From contig JBDLIE010000003.1 in NCBI GenBank assembly GCA_039715015.1, forward strand, positions 59,201 through 123,200: a stretch of 64,000 bases of DNA, given 5' to 3'. Below the pieces are notes generated by a model, which did no database searches, was not told the DNA's origin, and saw only the letters and a program-made list of their open reading frames with translations. Shown here one piece after another: positions 10,146-21,017 of this stretch (position 1 is the first letter of the stretch; every line of letters begins with the position of its first letter). Position numbers and translations under genes: made by a program. This DNA comes from Thermodesulfobacteriota bacterium. GTDB taxonomy: Bacteria > Desulfobacterota > Desulfobulbia > Desulfobulbales > SURF-16.

Positions 10146-11297
10146 ATGTCTGAAATTCCAAAAACAGAAGTTATGATAGTTTCCGGAGAGGCCTCCGGAG
10201 ATATGCATGCTGCCCGCGCCTTGCAGGCCTTGCAAAAACGTCTTCCTCAGATTAAAGCTTACGGCATGGGGGGCACAGCCTTACGCCAGGCTGGCATGGA
10301 GATTCTGGTCGATGCGGCAGATATGGCCGTGGTTGGCATTGTGGAAGTCCTTGCCCATCTCGGCTCCATTATCTCTGCGCAGAATATCCTCCACAATGCT
10401 CTTAAGGAGAGGAAACCAGATCTTCTCATTCTCATTGATTATCCTGATTTCAACCTGATGTTGGCCAAAAAAGCTCGCCGACTTCATATTCCAGTTTTGT
10501 ATTATATTAGTCCTCAGGTCTGGGCCTGGCGCAGTGGCCGGGTCAAAAAAATCCGTAAACTTGTCGATGAGATGGCGGTTATTCTGCCCTTTGAGAAAGC
10601 CTTTTATGCCAGGCACGCTTTCCCTGTAACCTATGTCGGCCATCCTCTGGCTGAACACGTAAAGGCAATCATTGGAAGAGAAGCCTTTTTTGACAAACAT
10701 GGTCTCCCTGCCGGTAAAAATGTCGTGGGTATTATGCCGGGGAGTCGGCGTAAAGAAATAGCCACCATGTTGCCAGTTTTTCTAAAAGCAGCAAGCCTCC
10801 TTCAGAAAGTTCATCCTGATACCACCTATCTCTTACCCCTGGCACCCACCTTGACTATTGATGTGCTCAAGGAAAACGGCCTTGATGATTTCCCTGTAGA
10901 TATACATGTGGTTGAAGGAGATCGCTATGATCTCATGGCATGCTGTGATCTGGTGATGGCCGCCTCAGGTACAGTTACCCTTGAGCTTGCCCTCTTGCAA
11001 ATACCCATGCTTGTTTCCTATAAAGTCTCAGCCATGACCCATTTTCTGGGAAAGCGCTTTATCAAGGTTGATTATGCCTCGCTGGTGAATCTTATTGCTG
11101 ATGAGGAAATAGTGCCTGAGCTTCTGCAAGATGATGCAACACCTGAGAAGATTGCCCGTGCCATGCAAAAAATCTGGCCTGGAAATCAACCCCATACAGA
11201 GATGATCTCAAAGCTTGCTGAAATCAAAGATGCCCTGGGCCAAGGTGGTGCTGCCGACAATGTCGCCTCACTCGCTGAAAAATTTTTCCCGAACTGA
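10146..11297 (+). CDS. lpxB: Lipid-A-disaccharide synthase
   Basis: SGEASGD, IDYPDFN, YISPQVWAWR, ILPFE, VGHPL, PGSR, ASGTVTLE motifs. Confidence 0.96.
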   Translation: MSEIPKTEVMIVSGEASGDMHAARALQALQKRLPQIKAYGMGGTALRQAGMEILVDAADMAVVGIVEVLAHLGSIISAQNILHNALKERKPDLLILIDYPDFNLMLAKKARRLHIPVLYYISPQVWAWRSGRVKKIRKLVDEMAVILPFEKAFYARHAFPVTYVGHPLAEHVKAIIGREAFFDKHGLPAGKNVVGIMPGSRRKEIATMLPVFLKAASLLQKVHPDTTYLLPLAPTLTIDVLKENGLDDFPVDIHVVEGDRYDLMACCDLVMAASGTVTLELALLQIPMLVSYKVSAMTHFLGKRFIKVDYASLVNLIADEEIVPELLQDDATPEKIARAMQKIWPGNQPHTEMISKLAEIKDALGQGGAADNVASLAEKFFPN

Positions 11298-11497
11298 CAA
11301 ATTGCAGCATTCTCCATCCCTCACTTTTAACTCTTTCTAACCTACTGATAATAAAAGGAAAAAATAAAAATCAGCACACATCTAGGCATTTTGCCTAGGT
11401 TGTCTTTAAACGCTGCGCCGATTGAAGCTTCCAGCCATAAGATTTAATTTTAGTTATAAAGTCGAAATTTATTTTTTCTTTACTAGGGAGACTCTTA

Positions 11498-13264
11498 ATG
11501 GTTGATCAATATCTTCAACATCTGATGGCCCTCATAGGCAATAATAAGATTTTTGCCAGTTATGAGTTCATGAAAAGTCTTCCACCCAATACCCCCATTC
11601 CAAATAAGAACAATCTGTTTAGCGATCTTGAGGTTAAGGTTAACGAGGCCAGACTACTTACCCGAGAGGTGAACAGGCTCCTGAAAAAAGCTGATTACCC
11701 TAAGGCCCTTGGCAATTTACTTAAGGCAAAACGTTTGGTGCCAGACTTTCCCAATATACAAAATGATATCGATTTTATAGAAGGGACCATAACCAATCTC
11801 CAGCAAAGCCTCAGCGAAGCAGAAAAGGCCGCCAAGAAGGGGAAGCAGAAAAAGGTCAGGGAATTTCTCGATACTGCACATAAGATTGACGGGCGCAATA
11901 TCGCAATTTCTAGAATTGAGAAAAAACTTCAAAAATCTTTACAAAGAAATAAGATCAGAAACATCCTCTTAACCTCAATGGTTATCCTTACCCCCTTTGT
12001 TTACAGCGGCTATGAAATTTTCTCATATATGGAAGGTAACTCCCACTGGACAAAGGCCAATTCATATATTGCCAGGCATGAATATCAGCTTGCCAAATTG
12101 GAAATGGAGAAAGTTGAGAAGAATTTGAACAAAGTTCATTTCCTCAATCAGCCTGGAAAGCTGAACCTCCTTGGCTGCACCAAGAACATGATTGCTTCAA
12201 CACGATTTCAACAGGGCCTCCTTGGCAAGGTTCTCCATGGAGATACCTTTATCGATCTTGCCAATAAAATACAGCTCGATAAGATCGCCTTGTTGACCAA
12301 GAAGGCTGAACAGAACGTCACAGACAAGAACTGGTCAGTAGCGCTTACAGAGTATCAGCAGGCATTGGATGTCGCTCTGAAGGATGAAGATTTTCATCAT
12401 GTTACCATCAATAAACTTCATAAATCTATTCTTGATATTCGCGATATCATGTATGTCCAATATGAGGACGTGGGTAAAGTATCTTTCAGAGGTATGGTGA
12501 AACAGGCGGATCTTCTCTTTAATGAAAAAAGATGGGATGAGGCCATGAATTCTTATGGTCAGGCACTCCGTTTTGCTCAGGAGAATAGGGTCTCTGATTA
12601 TGACCTCGTGACCAGGATTAGTAAGGCACGTCATGTGGCCGATATAAATAATTCTCTTGAAGAAGCCCAGGCTCTTTTAGCCCTTAACAAATCGATTGAG
12701 GCAAGAAAAATCTTTGAAAGAATCATTGAGTTCTCAGAAGAAAATGGGGTTACTGGTCTCGCAGCTACTGCCATTTCCCGAGAAATGATCGCCAAAATAG
12801 ATAAGAACGTTTTCCTTAATAAGATTGACACGTTAGAAATGAAAGCTGGAAAGCTTCGATTAGAGAAAAAGTATGAAGAATCATTAGCCTATTACCATGA
12901 GCTTCTTCAAGAAATCGGAGCAAATTCGAATAAACTCCAACTGAACTTAGCTGACCGAGAAAAAATGGTCAAAGAGACAATGGCAGAAATCAGCAAACAG
13001 CAGGTTGTTAGTAGCCAGCATAGATTTTTGCTTTCAGCTTATCAGAATATTTTGCGGAAAACTTTTAACCTCTCAAAAAATATCCGCCTAAAACAACCGG
13101 AAATTGTTTTCCTTAAAAATGATAACAACGTTTTGATTTATAAGGTTACTGCCCTTGGCACACAGGATTCCAATACATCGGCCATAGACACCAAGTATGA
13201 GGTTGACTATAAGTTTGACATGGGCACCGGAGCATGGGCCTTAAATGGTTCCCCAATAAGTTAG
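11498..13264 (+). CDS. Hypothetical single-TM protein with TPR-like helical repeats
   Basis: GGGAG RBS; TM segment ILLTSMVILTPFVY; repeated A..Y..AL helical patterns. Confidence 0.7.
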   Translation: MVDQYLQHLMALIGNNKIFASYEFMKSLPPNTPIPNKNNLFSDLEVKVNEARLLTREVNRLLKKADYPKALGNLLKAKRLVPDFPNIQNDIDFIEGTITNLQQSLSEAEKAAKKGKQKKVREFLDTAHKIDGRNIAISRIEKKLQKSLQRNKIRNILLTSMVILTPFVYSGYEIFSYMEGNSHWTKANSYIARHEYQLAKLEMEKVEKNLNKVHFLNQPGKLNLLGCTKNMIASTRFQQGLLGKVLHGDTFIDLANKIQLDKIALLTKKAEQNVTDKNWSVALTEYQQALDVALKDEDFHHVTINKLHKSILDIRDIMYVQYEDVGKVSFRGMVKQADLLFNEKRWDEAMNSYGQALRFAQENRVSDYDLVTRISKARHVADINNSLEEAQALLALNKSIEARKIFERIIEFSEENGVTGLAATAISREMIAKIDKNVFLNKIDTLEMKAGKLRLEKKYEESLAYYHELLQEIGANSNKLQLNLADREKMVKETMAEISKQQVVSSQHRFLLSAYQNILRKTFNLSKNIRLKQPEIVFLKNDNNVLIYKVTALGTQDSNTSAIDTKYEVDYKFDMGTGAWALNGSPIS

Positions 13265-13291
13265 ATTTATCTAAATATTTTCATCAAAGAC

Positions 13292-13330
13292 AAAGGTGGT
13301 TACTGTTATTAGACAGTAGCCGCCTTTTTT
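13292..13330 (+). terminator. Rho-independent terminator between convergent genes
   Basis: AAAGGTGGTTACTGT-tattag-ACAGTAGCCGCCTTT stem (G-U pairs) followed by T run. Confidence 0.7.
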
Positions 13331-14075
13331 ATTTGCGATGATTCTTTTCTCTTGCCAGAAGTTGCCTGTCGATCAAACTCCAGAGGCCATGGAGGATACG
13401 CACCTCCCTTTCATCAAGGCCGGCCCGATTGAAAATTCTGCGGTATGTCCTTAAAATATGGTCCGGATTTAAAGGATCAAGATATCCTGCCGCCAATAAT
13501 GTCTTGCGCATGTGCTGGAACATTTTTTCCTTATTTCCAGCCGTGGCAAGTTCAGTTGCCGGTGGGTCTTGCCCCTGTGAGCCGTGCTTGGAAAACGCAT
13601 AAAGACAGACTGCAACTGCCTGGGCAAGATTAAGTGACGGAAGATCTGGCGAGGTGTCAATGGTAATAAAGGTGTCGCAGAGGCTTAGTTCATCAGTGGA
13701 AAGGCCATGGTCCTCTCTGCCAAAGACGAGGGCGGCTTTTTGATCAGAGGGCAGGGCGCTGCATACTTCTTTTAATTGATCGGGCCGGATAAACTCATTT
13801 CGATATTTGCCAAACCTGCGGGTGGAGCCAACCACCAAGTGGCAATCACCTATAGCCCCTTCAAGACTTTTAAATTTGCGTGCAGAGCGCAGGACTGTTT
13901 TTTTGGCTGTGACCGCCATGTCACGTGCCTCTTTACAAAGATGATCAACACGAGGGTTGACCAGACGCAGCTCTCGGAAACCAAAATTCATCATAATCCG
14001 GCAGATAGAGCCGATATTATGACCACCTTGGGGTTCGACGAGGACGATGGCTATATTGTTAAATTCAGTAGTCAT
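13329..14075 (-). CDS. trmJ: tRNA/rRNA methyltransferase, TrmJ/LasT (SPOUT) family
   Basis: VLVEPQGGHNIGSICR, LVFGREDHGL, SLNLAQAV motifs. Confidence 0.85.
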   Translation of the reverse strand: MTTEFNNIAIVLVEPQGGHNIGSICRIMMNFGFRELRLVNPRVDHLCKEARDMAVTAKKTVLRSARKFKSLEGAIGDCHLVVGSTRRFGKYRNEFIRPDQLKEVCSALPSDQKAALVFGREDHGLSTDELSLCDTFITIDTSPDLPSLNLAQAVAVCLYAFSKHGSQGQDPPATELATAGNKEKMFQHMRKTLLAAGYLDPLNPDHILRTYRRIFNRAGLDEREVRILHGLWSLIDRQLLAREKNHRK

Positions 14076-14076
14076 C

Positions 14077-14116
14077 AAAAAAACAAACCCGAGCCTGTCA
14101 GCAAGACAAACCCGGG
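14077..14116 (-). terminator. Rho-independent terminator downstream of leuB
   Basis: Minus strand CCCGGGTTTGTC-ttgct-GACAGGCTCGGG followed by TTTGTTTTTTT. Confidence 0.7.
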
Positions 14117-14141
14117 CAACGAAAGTAAATAAAATAATCTT

Positions 14142-15224
<1,083 letters not shown>

Positions 15225-15253
15225 TTAATTATATTGAAAATTTACTAGAATTA

Positions 15254-16588
15254 TTAATGAGCACTCACCCGCCTGGGGTCAGCAAAGTATTCACGGGTTG
15301 ATCTAACAACAACACCAGATAGAAAGAGGAGACCAATGAGGTTAGGCCAAGCCATAAGGGCATTAAAAATATCAGAGATTGCCCAAACCTGCTTCAACTC
15401 AAAAGTGGCGCCCACCGGCAGTAAAGCACAGTAGAGAATACGGTAGGGCATAATCGATTTCTCTCCAAAAAGATATTCGACTGATCTGTCCCCGTAATAA
15501 GACCAGCTCACTGCTGTTGAAAAGGCAAAAATAGTCATACCGATGGCAACGATATATGTACCAATTGTGGGAAGCGCAGAGCCAAAGGCATGGGAGGTTA
15601 GGTCAGCGCCGGAGAGCCCACCCTGATAAGCGCCGGTAACAATGATGACAAGGCCGGTCATGGTGCAAATGATAATAGTGTCAATAAAGGGGCCGAGCAT
15701 GGCAACGAGCCCCTCACGGACAGGTTCGTTTGTTTGAGCGGCGCCATGGGCAATGGGAGCGCTGCCAAGACCTGCTTCATTAGAAAAAAGTCCGCGGGCA
15801 ACTCCAAAGCGAATGGCCTGGGCTACAGCAGCTCCAGCAAAACCTCCAGTAGCAGCACTACCGGTGAAGGCATCCTTAAAAATCATTGAAAAAGCTGCTG
15901 GAATTGCTTCAAAATTTAAGAAAAGTACGGTTAAGGCGCCAGCCACATAAAAAAAGGCCATGACAGGAACCATGCGACTCGCCACATGACCGATACGTTT
16001 AATGCCGCCGACAATAACGCAAAAGACCAGAATGGCGATAATAAGACCTGTTGCAAGTTTAGGGATATGAAAGGTGGTGAACAGGGGGGCAGCAACTGAG
16101 TTGGCCTGCACCATATTGCCAATGCCAAAGGAGGCAATAGCCGCAAAAAAGGCAAAAAGAATCCCCAGCCATTTTTGTTTAAGACCATGTTCAAGATAGT
16201 ACATGGGGCCGGCACTGATAGAACCATCCTCATGGATAACCCGATACTTAAGGGCCAGCAGGCATTCGGCAAACTTGAGGCTCATGCCAAAGAAAGCTGT
16301 TACCCACATCCAAAATAAGGCGCCCGGTCCGCCACTTGCTATGGCTACGCCAACACCAGCTATATTACCTGTGCCGATAGTTGCAGAAAGAGCTGCGGAT
16401 AAAGCTTGAAAATGGGTTATTTCACCCTTGTCTTTAGGGTTATCATATTTGCCGGACAATAAACCAAAGCCGTAAAAAAACCTCCGGATTTGAACGCCCT
16501 TCATGAGAAAAGTTGTGAAAACACCTGTACCTAGAAGCAAAATAATAGTAACAGGGCCCCAAACAAAACTACTGATTGAATCAAGCAC
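15254..16588 (-). CDS. Sodium:alanine/glycine symporter (AGCS/AlsT family)
   Basis: ATIGTGNIAGV, GGPGALFWMW, RGLFSNEAGLGSAP motifs. Confidence 0.93.
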   Translation of the reverse strand: MLDSISSFVWGPVTIILLLGTGVFTTFLMKGVQIRRFFYGFGLLSGKYDNPKDKGEITHFQALSAALSATIGTGNIAGVGVAIASGGPGALFWMWVTAFFGMSLKFAECLLALKYRVIHEDGSISAGPMYYLEHGLKQKWLGILFAFFAAIASFGIGNMVQANSVAAPLFTTFHIPKLATGLIIAILVFCVIVGGIKRIGHVASRMVPVMAFFYVAGALTVLFLNFEAIPAAFSMIFKDAFTGSAATGGFAGAAVAQAIRFGVARGLFSNEAGLGSAPIAHGAAQTNEPVREGLVAMLGPFIDTIIICTMTGLVIIVTGAYQGGLSGADLTSHAFGSALPTIGTYIVAIGMTIFAFSTAVSWSYYGDRSVEYLFGEKSIMPYRILYCALLPVGATFELKQVWAISDIFNALMAWPNLIGLLFLSGVVVRSTREYFADPRRVSAH

Positions 16589-16830
16589 GTTTCTTCTCCA
16601 TATTATTGAAAAAAGAGGGAAATTTACGGTTGAAGAGATGCTATACCCAAGATTTATCGATGTTTCAAGGGATAATTAACTTGGCAGACAACACCCCAAC
16701 ATTGAAGGGTTGGCAATCTTTAAAATCATAATCCTGATGAACAAAAAACTGTCATCCTTGCCGCACATACGATAGTGTGTCTATGAAATTCAAGGATTAT
16801 CTTAAAATTTAAATTCCATTCTCTCCCCTG

Positions 16831-18012
16831 ATGTCAAAAATAAAGAAACTGCAGAAACGGCTTTTGGTTGTAGATGACAACCTTGCCATGCGCAAAATGC
16901 TAGAGAGCATGTTAACCAGCATTGGCTATAACAATGTTTCTTCAGCTGTTGACGGAGAAAGTGGTTGGGAAAAAATCCTTGAGGGAGAAGTTGATATTGT
17001 TATTAGCGATTATATTATGCCGCGCTTAAACGGCCTTGAGTTCCTCCACCGTATTCGTCGCTCCAAGGAATATTTTAACCTCCCATTTATTATGATCACC
17101 GGCGCCGATAACTGGGGTGATTTTATGAATACGGTGCAGGCAGAGGTGGATAATTATCTCATTAAACCAATCACAGCAGACAGGCTTGAAGAGGTGCTTA
17201 ATCAAGTTCACCTACAGCAACAAAGCGCCAGCCCCTATCTGAAGGCTATGCATACAGGTAAACATTGCTATATGAACAATGATTTAGGCAAGGCCTATAA
17301 AAGTTTTCTTCTGGCCCAGGCCATTGAACCGGCGCTGGCTAAACCCTATTTTTACCTTGGCCAAATCAGCAAAGAAAGCGCCAGAGATGAGGAGGCGGTT
17401 AAGTTCTTCAAAAGATGCCTGGAGATTGAGGGGAATTACATAAATGCCATGGTTGGTCTTGTGGAGATCTATGCAAAGGCCGATGATTTTGGCCAGATGT
17501 TTATTTACCTTAACAAGGCTCTTGAGGTTGCCCCCAACAATATAGATCTCCATATTGATTTGGCCAAGGCTTCGTTTAAATTGGATGACATGGCTACTGT
17601 ACGTAAAGCCCTGAAAACTGCTACAAAAATCGCCAAAAGCAATAAGGCTCATGTTGAGAAGGTCATAGAATCTTATATAGGATGTGGTTTGCTCGATGAA
17701 GCAGATTATCTTTTTGGTAAAAAATTACAGGATGACGACACGGAGACGGTCAGATTTTGGAACAGGCTAGGCCTGGAAGCCAAGGGGATTGGCGATTTCC
17801 AAAAGAGTAAATATTTCTATTTGTCAGCCTTAAAGCTACGTCCTCAGGCGAAAGAGGTAAACTTCAATATAGCCATCTTACTCTACGAACAAGGTGAGTA
17901 TAATAGCTCCATGGCATACACAACAAAGGCGCTTCGTCTCTATCCGGATTTCCTTGAGGCTAAGGAGTTGATGGATTCTTTACGCAAGAAGATAGATCAG
18001 ATTGCTCCTTAA
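16831..18012 (+). CDS. Response regulator receiver domain fused to TPR repeats
   Basis: LVVDD, ISDYIMP phospho-Asp, MIT and IKP motifs; C-terminal TPR repeats, no DNA-binding domain. Confidence 0.85.
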   Translation: MSKIKKLQKRLLVVDDNLAMRKMLESMLTSIGYNNVSSAVDGESGWEKILEGEVDIVISDYIMPRLNGLEFLHRIRRSKEYFNLPFIMITGADNWGDFMNTVQAEVDNYLIKPITADRLEEVLNQVHLQQQSASPYLKAMHTGKHCYMNNDLGKAYKSFLLAQAIEPALAKPYFYLGQISKESARDEEAVKFFKRCLEIEGNYINAMVGLVEIYAKADDFGQMFIYLNKALEVAPNNIDLHIDLAKASFKLDDMATVRKALKTATKIAKSNKAHVEKVIESYIGCGLLDEADYLFGKKLQDDDTETVRFWNRLGLEAKGIGDFQKSKYFYLSALKLRPQAKEVNFNIAILLYEQGEYNSSMAYTTKALRLYPDFLEAKELMDSLRKKIDQIAP

Positions 18013-18034
18013 GAGGGGAGTTAGTTCGCAGAAA

Positions 18035-18742
18035 TCAGAGAGAAAGACCACTCCTTCGCGACTTTCTGGACAATTTACCCATTATCCAACCCACAAGAAA
18101 AACACCAAATCCTGCTAAGAACCATAAGATCCTGTCAGTTTGAAGAAGTTCAGTGTTCTCGACTTTTAACATTTCTACCTCTTGATCCAGGTCTTGAACT
18201 TGGGCCTTCAAGCTATCCCGTTCGCCAAAAATTTCTTCAACACCTTGGGCTTTTTCTTTCAAGTCTTCGTATTTGGATTCAGCATTTTTTACCGACTGTT
18301 CTAAGCCAGTAATTTGCTTTTCTAACTGACCAATCTCCCTTGCTTTATCCTTAAGTTGTCCTTGTAGATCTTTTGCTGAGTTTTTGAAAGTGCCTGTGGA
18401 AGATGCTGCAGAGTCTAATCTTTTCTTAAGGGTCTGAACTTTTCCTTTGAGGTCGGCAATAATCAGATCTTTAGGCTTTTCTTCGATAGTGTATTTTTTT
18501 TGAATCCAGCCTTTATCGCCCTTGGGGGTTTGTACGAGGATAAACCCATCTTCCTTTTCCTCAATAATCTTAAAAGAATCGCCAGATCTCAGATAAGAGA
18601 TAATATTGCCGCGGAGAGAAGGGGTATCGCGTAAGGAGACAATGAGGGTGTCAGAAATATACCTTTTCTCGGCACAAACTAATGACGGGGATAAAAAAAT
18701 AAGAAGAAGGGCCAGGACATAACGCCATTTGGGAGATTTCAT
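18035..18742 (-). CDS. SH3 domain protein (YgiM/HtrG-like) with coiled coil and C-terminal TM anchor
   Basis: Signal peptide, RYISD..LR..P and KGWI motifs, coiled coil, WFLAGFGVFLVGW tail. Confidence 0.8.
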   Translation of the reverse strand: MKSPKWRYVLALLLIFLSPSLVCAEKRYISDTLIVSLRDTPSLRGNIISYLRSGDSFKIIEEKEDGFILVQTPKGDKGWIQKKYTIEEKPKDLIIADLKGKVQTLKKRLDSAASSTGTFKNSAKDLQGQLKDKAREIGQLEKQITGLEQSVKNAESKYEDLKEKAQGVEEIFGERDSLKAQVQDLDQEVEMLKVENTELLQTDRILWFLAGFGVFLVGWIMGKLSRKSRRSGLSL

Positions 18743-19212
18743 TATAATAATCCTTGCTGTTGCCTGATTGCTTCGTAAAGTACTATGCCAGTGGTCATGG
18801 CCAGGTTGAGGCTACGTATATTTTCATTAACCATAGGAAGGGTATAGCAGCGGTCCTTATAGAGTTCAAGAACATCTTCAGGGAGCCCCTTTGTTTCTTT
18901 GCCGAAAATTAAAAAATCTCCTTGTTGGTAGTGTGCTTCTGTGTATGAATCGTTGACCTTGGTTGTGAAAAAATAGAGTCGTTCTTCTGCTTGAGCATTG
19001 AGGAAAGTTTCAAAATTATCCCAATATCTTATGTCAACAAAATGCCAATAGTCAAGACCGGCACGCTTGAGATGCTTATCTGAAGTAGAAAAACCCAGAG
19101 GCTTAATCAGGTGAAGTACTGAATTCGTAGCACCGCAAAGACGGGCGATTGACCCGGTGTTTGGTGGTATCTCCGGTTCAACCAGGACTATATTGAATGG
19201 TTTACTGCTCAA
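18742..19212 (-). CDS. trmL: tRNA (cytidine/uridine-34-2'-O)-methyltransferase
   Basis: PEIPPNTG, LKRAGLDYW, FGKETKGL, RSLNLA motifs. Confidence 0.92.
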   Translation of the reverse strand: MSSKPFNIVLVEPEIPPNTGSIARLCGATNSVLHLIKPLGFSTSDKHLKRAGLDYWHFVDIRYWDNFETFLNAQAEERLYFFTTKVNDSYTEAHYQQGDFLIFGKETKGLPEDVLELYKDRCYTLPMVNENIRSLNLAMTTGIVLYEAIRQQQGLL

Positions 19213-19221
19213 AAGAATCTA

Positions 19222-20571
19222 CTAAAGCAGGGTGATGGAATCCTGAGGTTTCAGGACAAAGGTTCGAACATAAAGGATTTTCTGGGTGGTAGACTTGTCA
19301 AGCATAGCCACAAGTTGATTTGTGGACTGATTGTAATAGGCCAGCTCAGTACCGCTCAAAACAGAACGTGGTTTGAACTTAAGGGCAAAGGGGTTCTTGA
19401 ACTGATTATTATGAGCAATTCTATAATCAAGATGCGGGCCAGTGGATCGGCCGGTTGAACCGACATAGCCAATAATATCCTTCTGTTTGATTTTAGAGCC
19501 ATTATGGAGACCTCTGGCAAAACGGGAGAGGTGACCGTAATAGGTTTTATAACCGTTAGGATGTTTGATGATGACCTGTTTGCCAAAACCACCTCTAACA
19601 CCTCGAAAAACAACCTTGCCATCTGCAGCGGCAATTATAGGTGTGCCGGTGGGTGCAGCCAGGTCAACTCCAAGATGTGGTTTGACGACTCCAAGGATAG
19701 GATGTTTGCGGCGCCAGCTAAACCTTGAGGTGACCCGCCCCATGGGAACCGGTGAACGAAGAAATGAGGTTCCAAGCTCCTCTCCATTGGGTGAGTAATG
19801 AGCAGATTTACCATTTTGAAGAGTATGATAGAAACCTTCTTGGACATCTTTGCCGGACTTGTCACCATATTTTGCGTACAAGATATTGCCGTAACCTATG
19901 AATGTATCTTTTTGGTAATATTCTTCATAAACGATGCTGAAATTATCACCAGGCTGAGTCTCAGTGTTAAAGTCAAGGCGTGAGGAAAATATGTCGGCAA
20001 AAGAATAAATAAGCTTGGGGCTGAGATTCAGTTTTTGAAAAGCGGTAAAGAGAGAAGAGTTAACTGTGCCGGTGATACTGACAGTTTTTACCTCAAGGGG
20101 AATTTCATCCTGAGCTGCAATAAAGGTGTCATCCCGCTTTACAACAGTATATTTATGAAGTGGATCAGACTCATAAATACAACGTAATAAGTTGCCGTCT
20201 TGATCCAAGTCGACTGTAAATGTATCATGGGGGCGTAATCTTCGAAAATCCAAACATGAATCCAGGTTGTTGACTATCTGGTGGCGGACGGTTTCGGGAA
20301 GCTCTGCTCGTTTCATGGCAAGCATGAGGGTATCACCAGGTAACAGTTCACCTGCAATGGTTTGCGATATCTTGGCGCTCAGGGGGAGGGGAGGTGGGCT
20401 TACAGCTTGAACCTCCATTGGAGAAATACCATTATGGGGACGCCTGGCCTGAAACCCATTTTGGATCTCACCATTACTATCCAGGGACGGGTTAGCCTGA
20501 TCAAAATAAACGCCTGCACAGGCCAAGACAAGAGAGAGTCCAGTAAAAAAAACTATGTGGGAAGTCTTCAC
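19222..20571 (-). CDS. M23 family peptidoglycan DD-endopeptidase (MepM-like)
   Basis: HLGVD and YGHL zinc motifs, STGPHLDY; N-terminal anchor and long N-terminal domain. Confidence 0.9.
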   Translation of the reverse strand: MKTSHIVFFTGLSLVLACAGVYFDQANPSLDSNGEIQNGFQARRPHNGISPMEVQAVSPPPLPLSAKISQTIAGELLPGDTLMLAMKRAELPETVRHQIVNNLDSCLDFRRLRPHDTFTVDLDQDGNLLRCIYESDPLHKYTVVKRDDTFIAAQDEIPLEVKTVSITGTVNSSLFTAFQKLNLSPKLIYSFADIFSSRLDFNTETQPGDNFSIVYEEYYQKDTFIGYGNILYAKYGDKSGKDVQEGFYHTLQNGKSAHYSPNGEELGTSFLRSPVPMGRVTSRFSWRRKHPILGVVKPHLGVDLAAPTGTPIIAAADGKVVFRGVRGGFGKQVIIKHPNGYKTYYGHLSRFARGLHNGSKIKQKDIIGYVGSTGRSTGPHLDYRIAHNNQFKNPFALKFKPRSVLSGTELAYYNQSTNQLVAMLDKSTTQKILYVRTFVLKPQDSITLL

Positions 20572-21017
20572 ATTTACACCAGGTGATAATGAAATTTGAA
20601 AAGTCGAGAAGCTATATTTAGTATCGACCTTATCTCCTTATTTCTTCACAAATTTTATTACAATATATTCTTTTTTGGAACAAGGTTAACATTAGTGGAA
20701 AAATCGCCTTTTTCCCTTGAAATCAAAGGGAAACAAGAGGTGTTCTTTATCTTGTGGTTGCGGCCGGCAAAGTTATACACTCTGTAGTGTTCCGCCTTAT
20801 GGGGCCAGAAGTTCAGCAAACCCTCCAAACCTTATTTTTTTACAAAAAATAAGGTGGTTCTCTTTGTTGATTCTTGTTAGTTATACATGTTTTCAAAATT
20901 CACCCCTGCCAAAAACACTTTCATATATAATGAAATAGGGCGGGAATCTTTTTAATAGAGTGTTGTGTGACAGGCCAACACCTCATGCAAAACATAGTTT
21001 TTAAGAGAAGTAAGAAA

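Noticed and set aside
16665..16691. Sigma28-like promoter TCAAG-N14-GCAGACAA before the receiver-TPR gene
   Set aside because: Two mismatches in the -10 element; too weak without TSS data
20572..21017. Lysine riboswitch or small ORFs upstream of lysC
   Set aside because: No L-box consensus seen; short ORFs lack RBS and motifs in an AT-rich divergent promoter region
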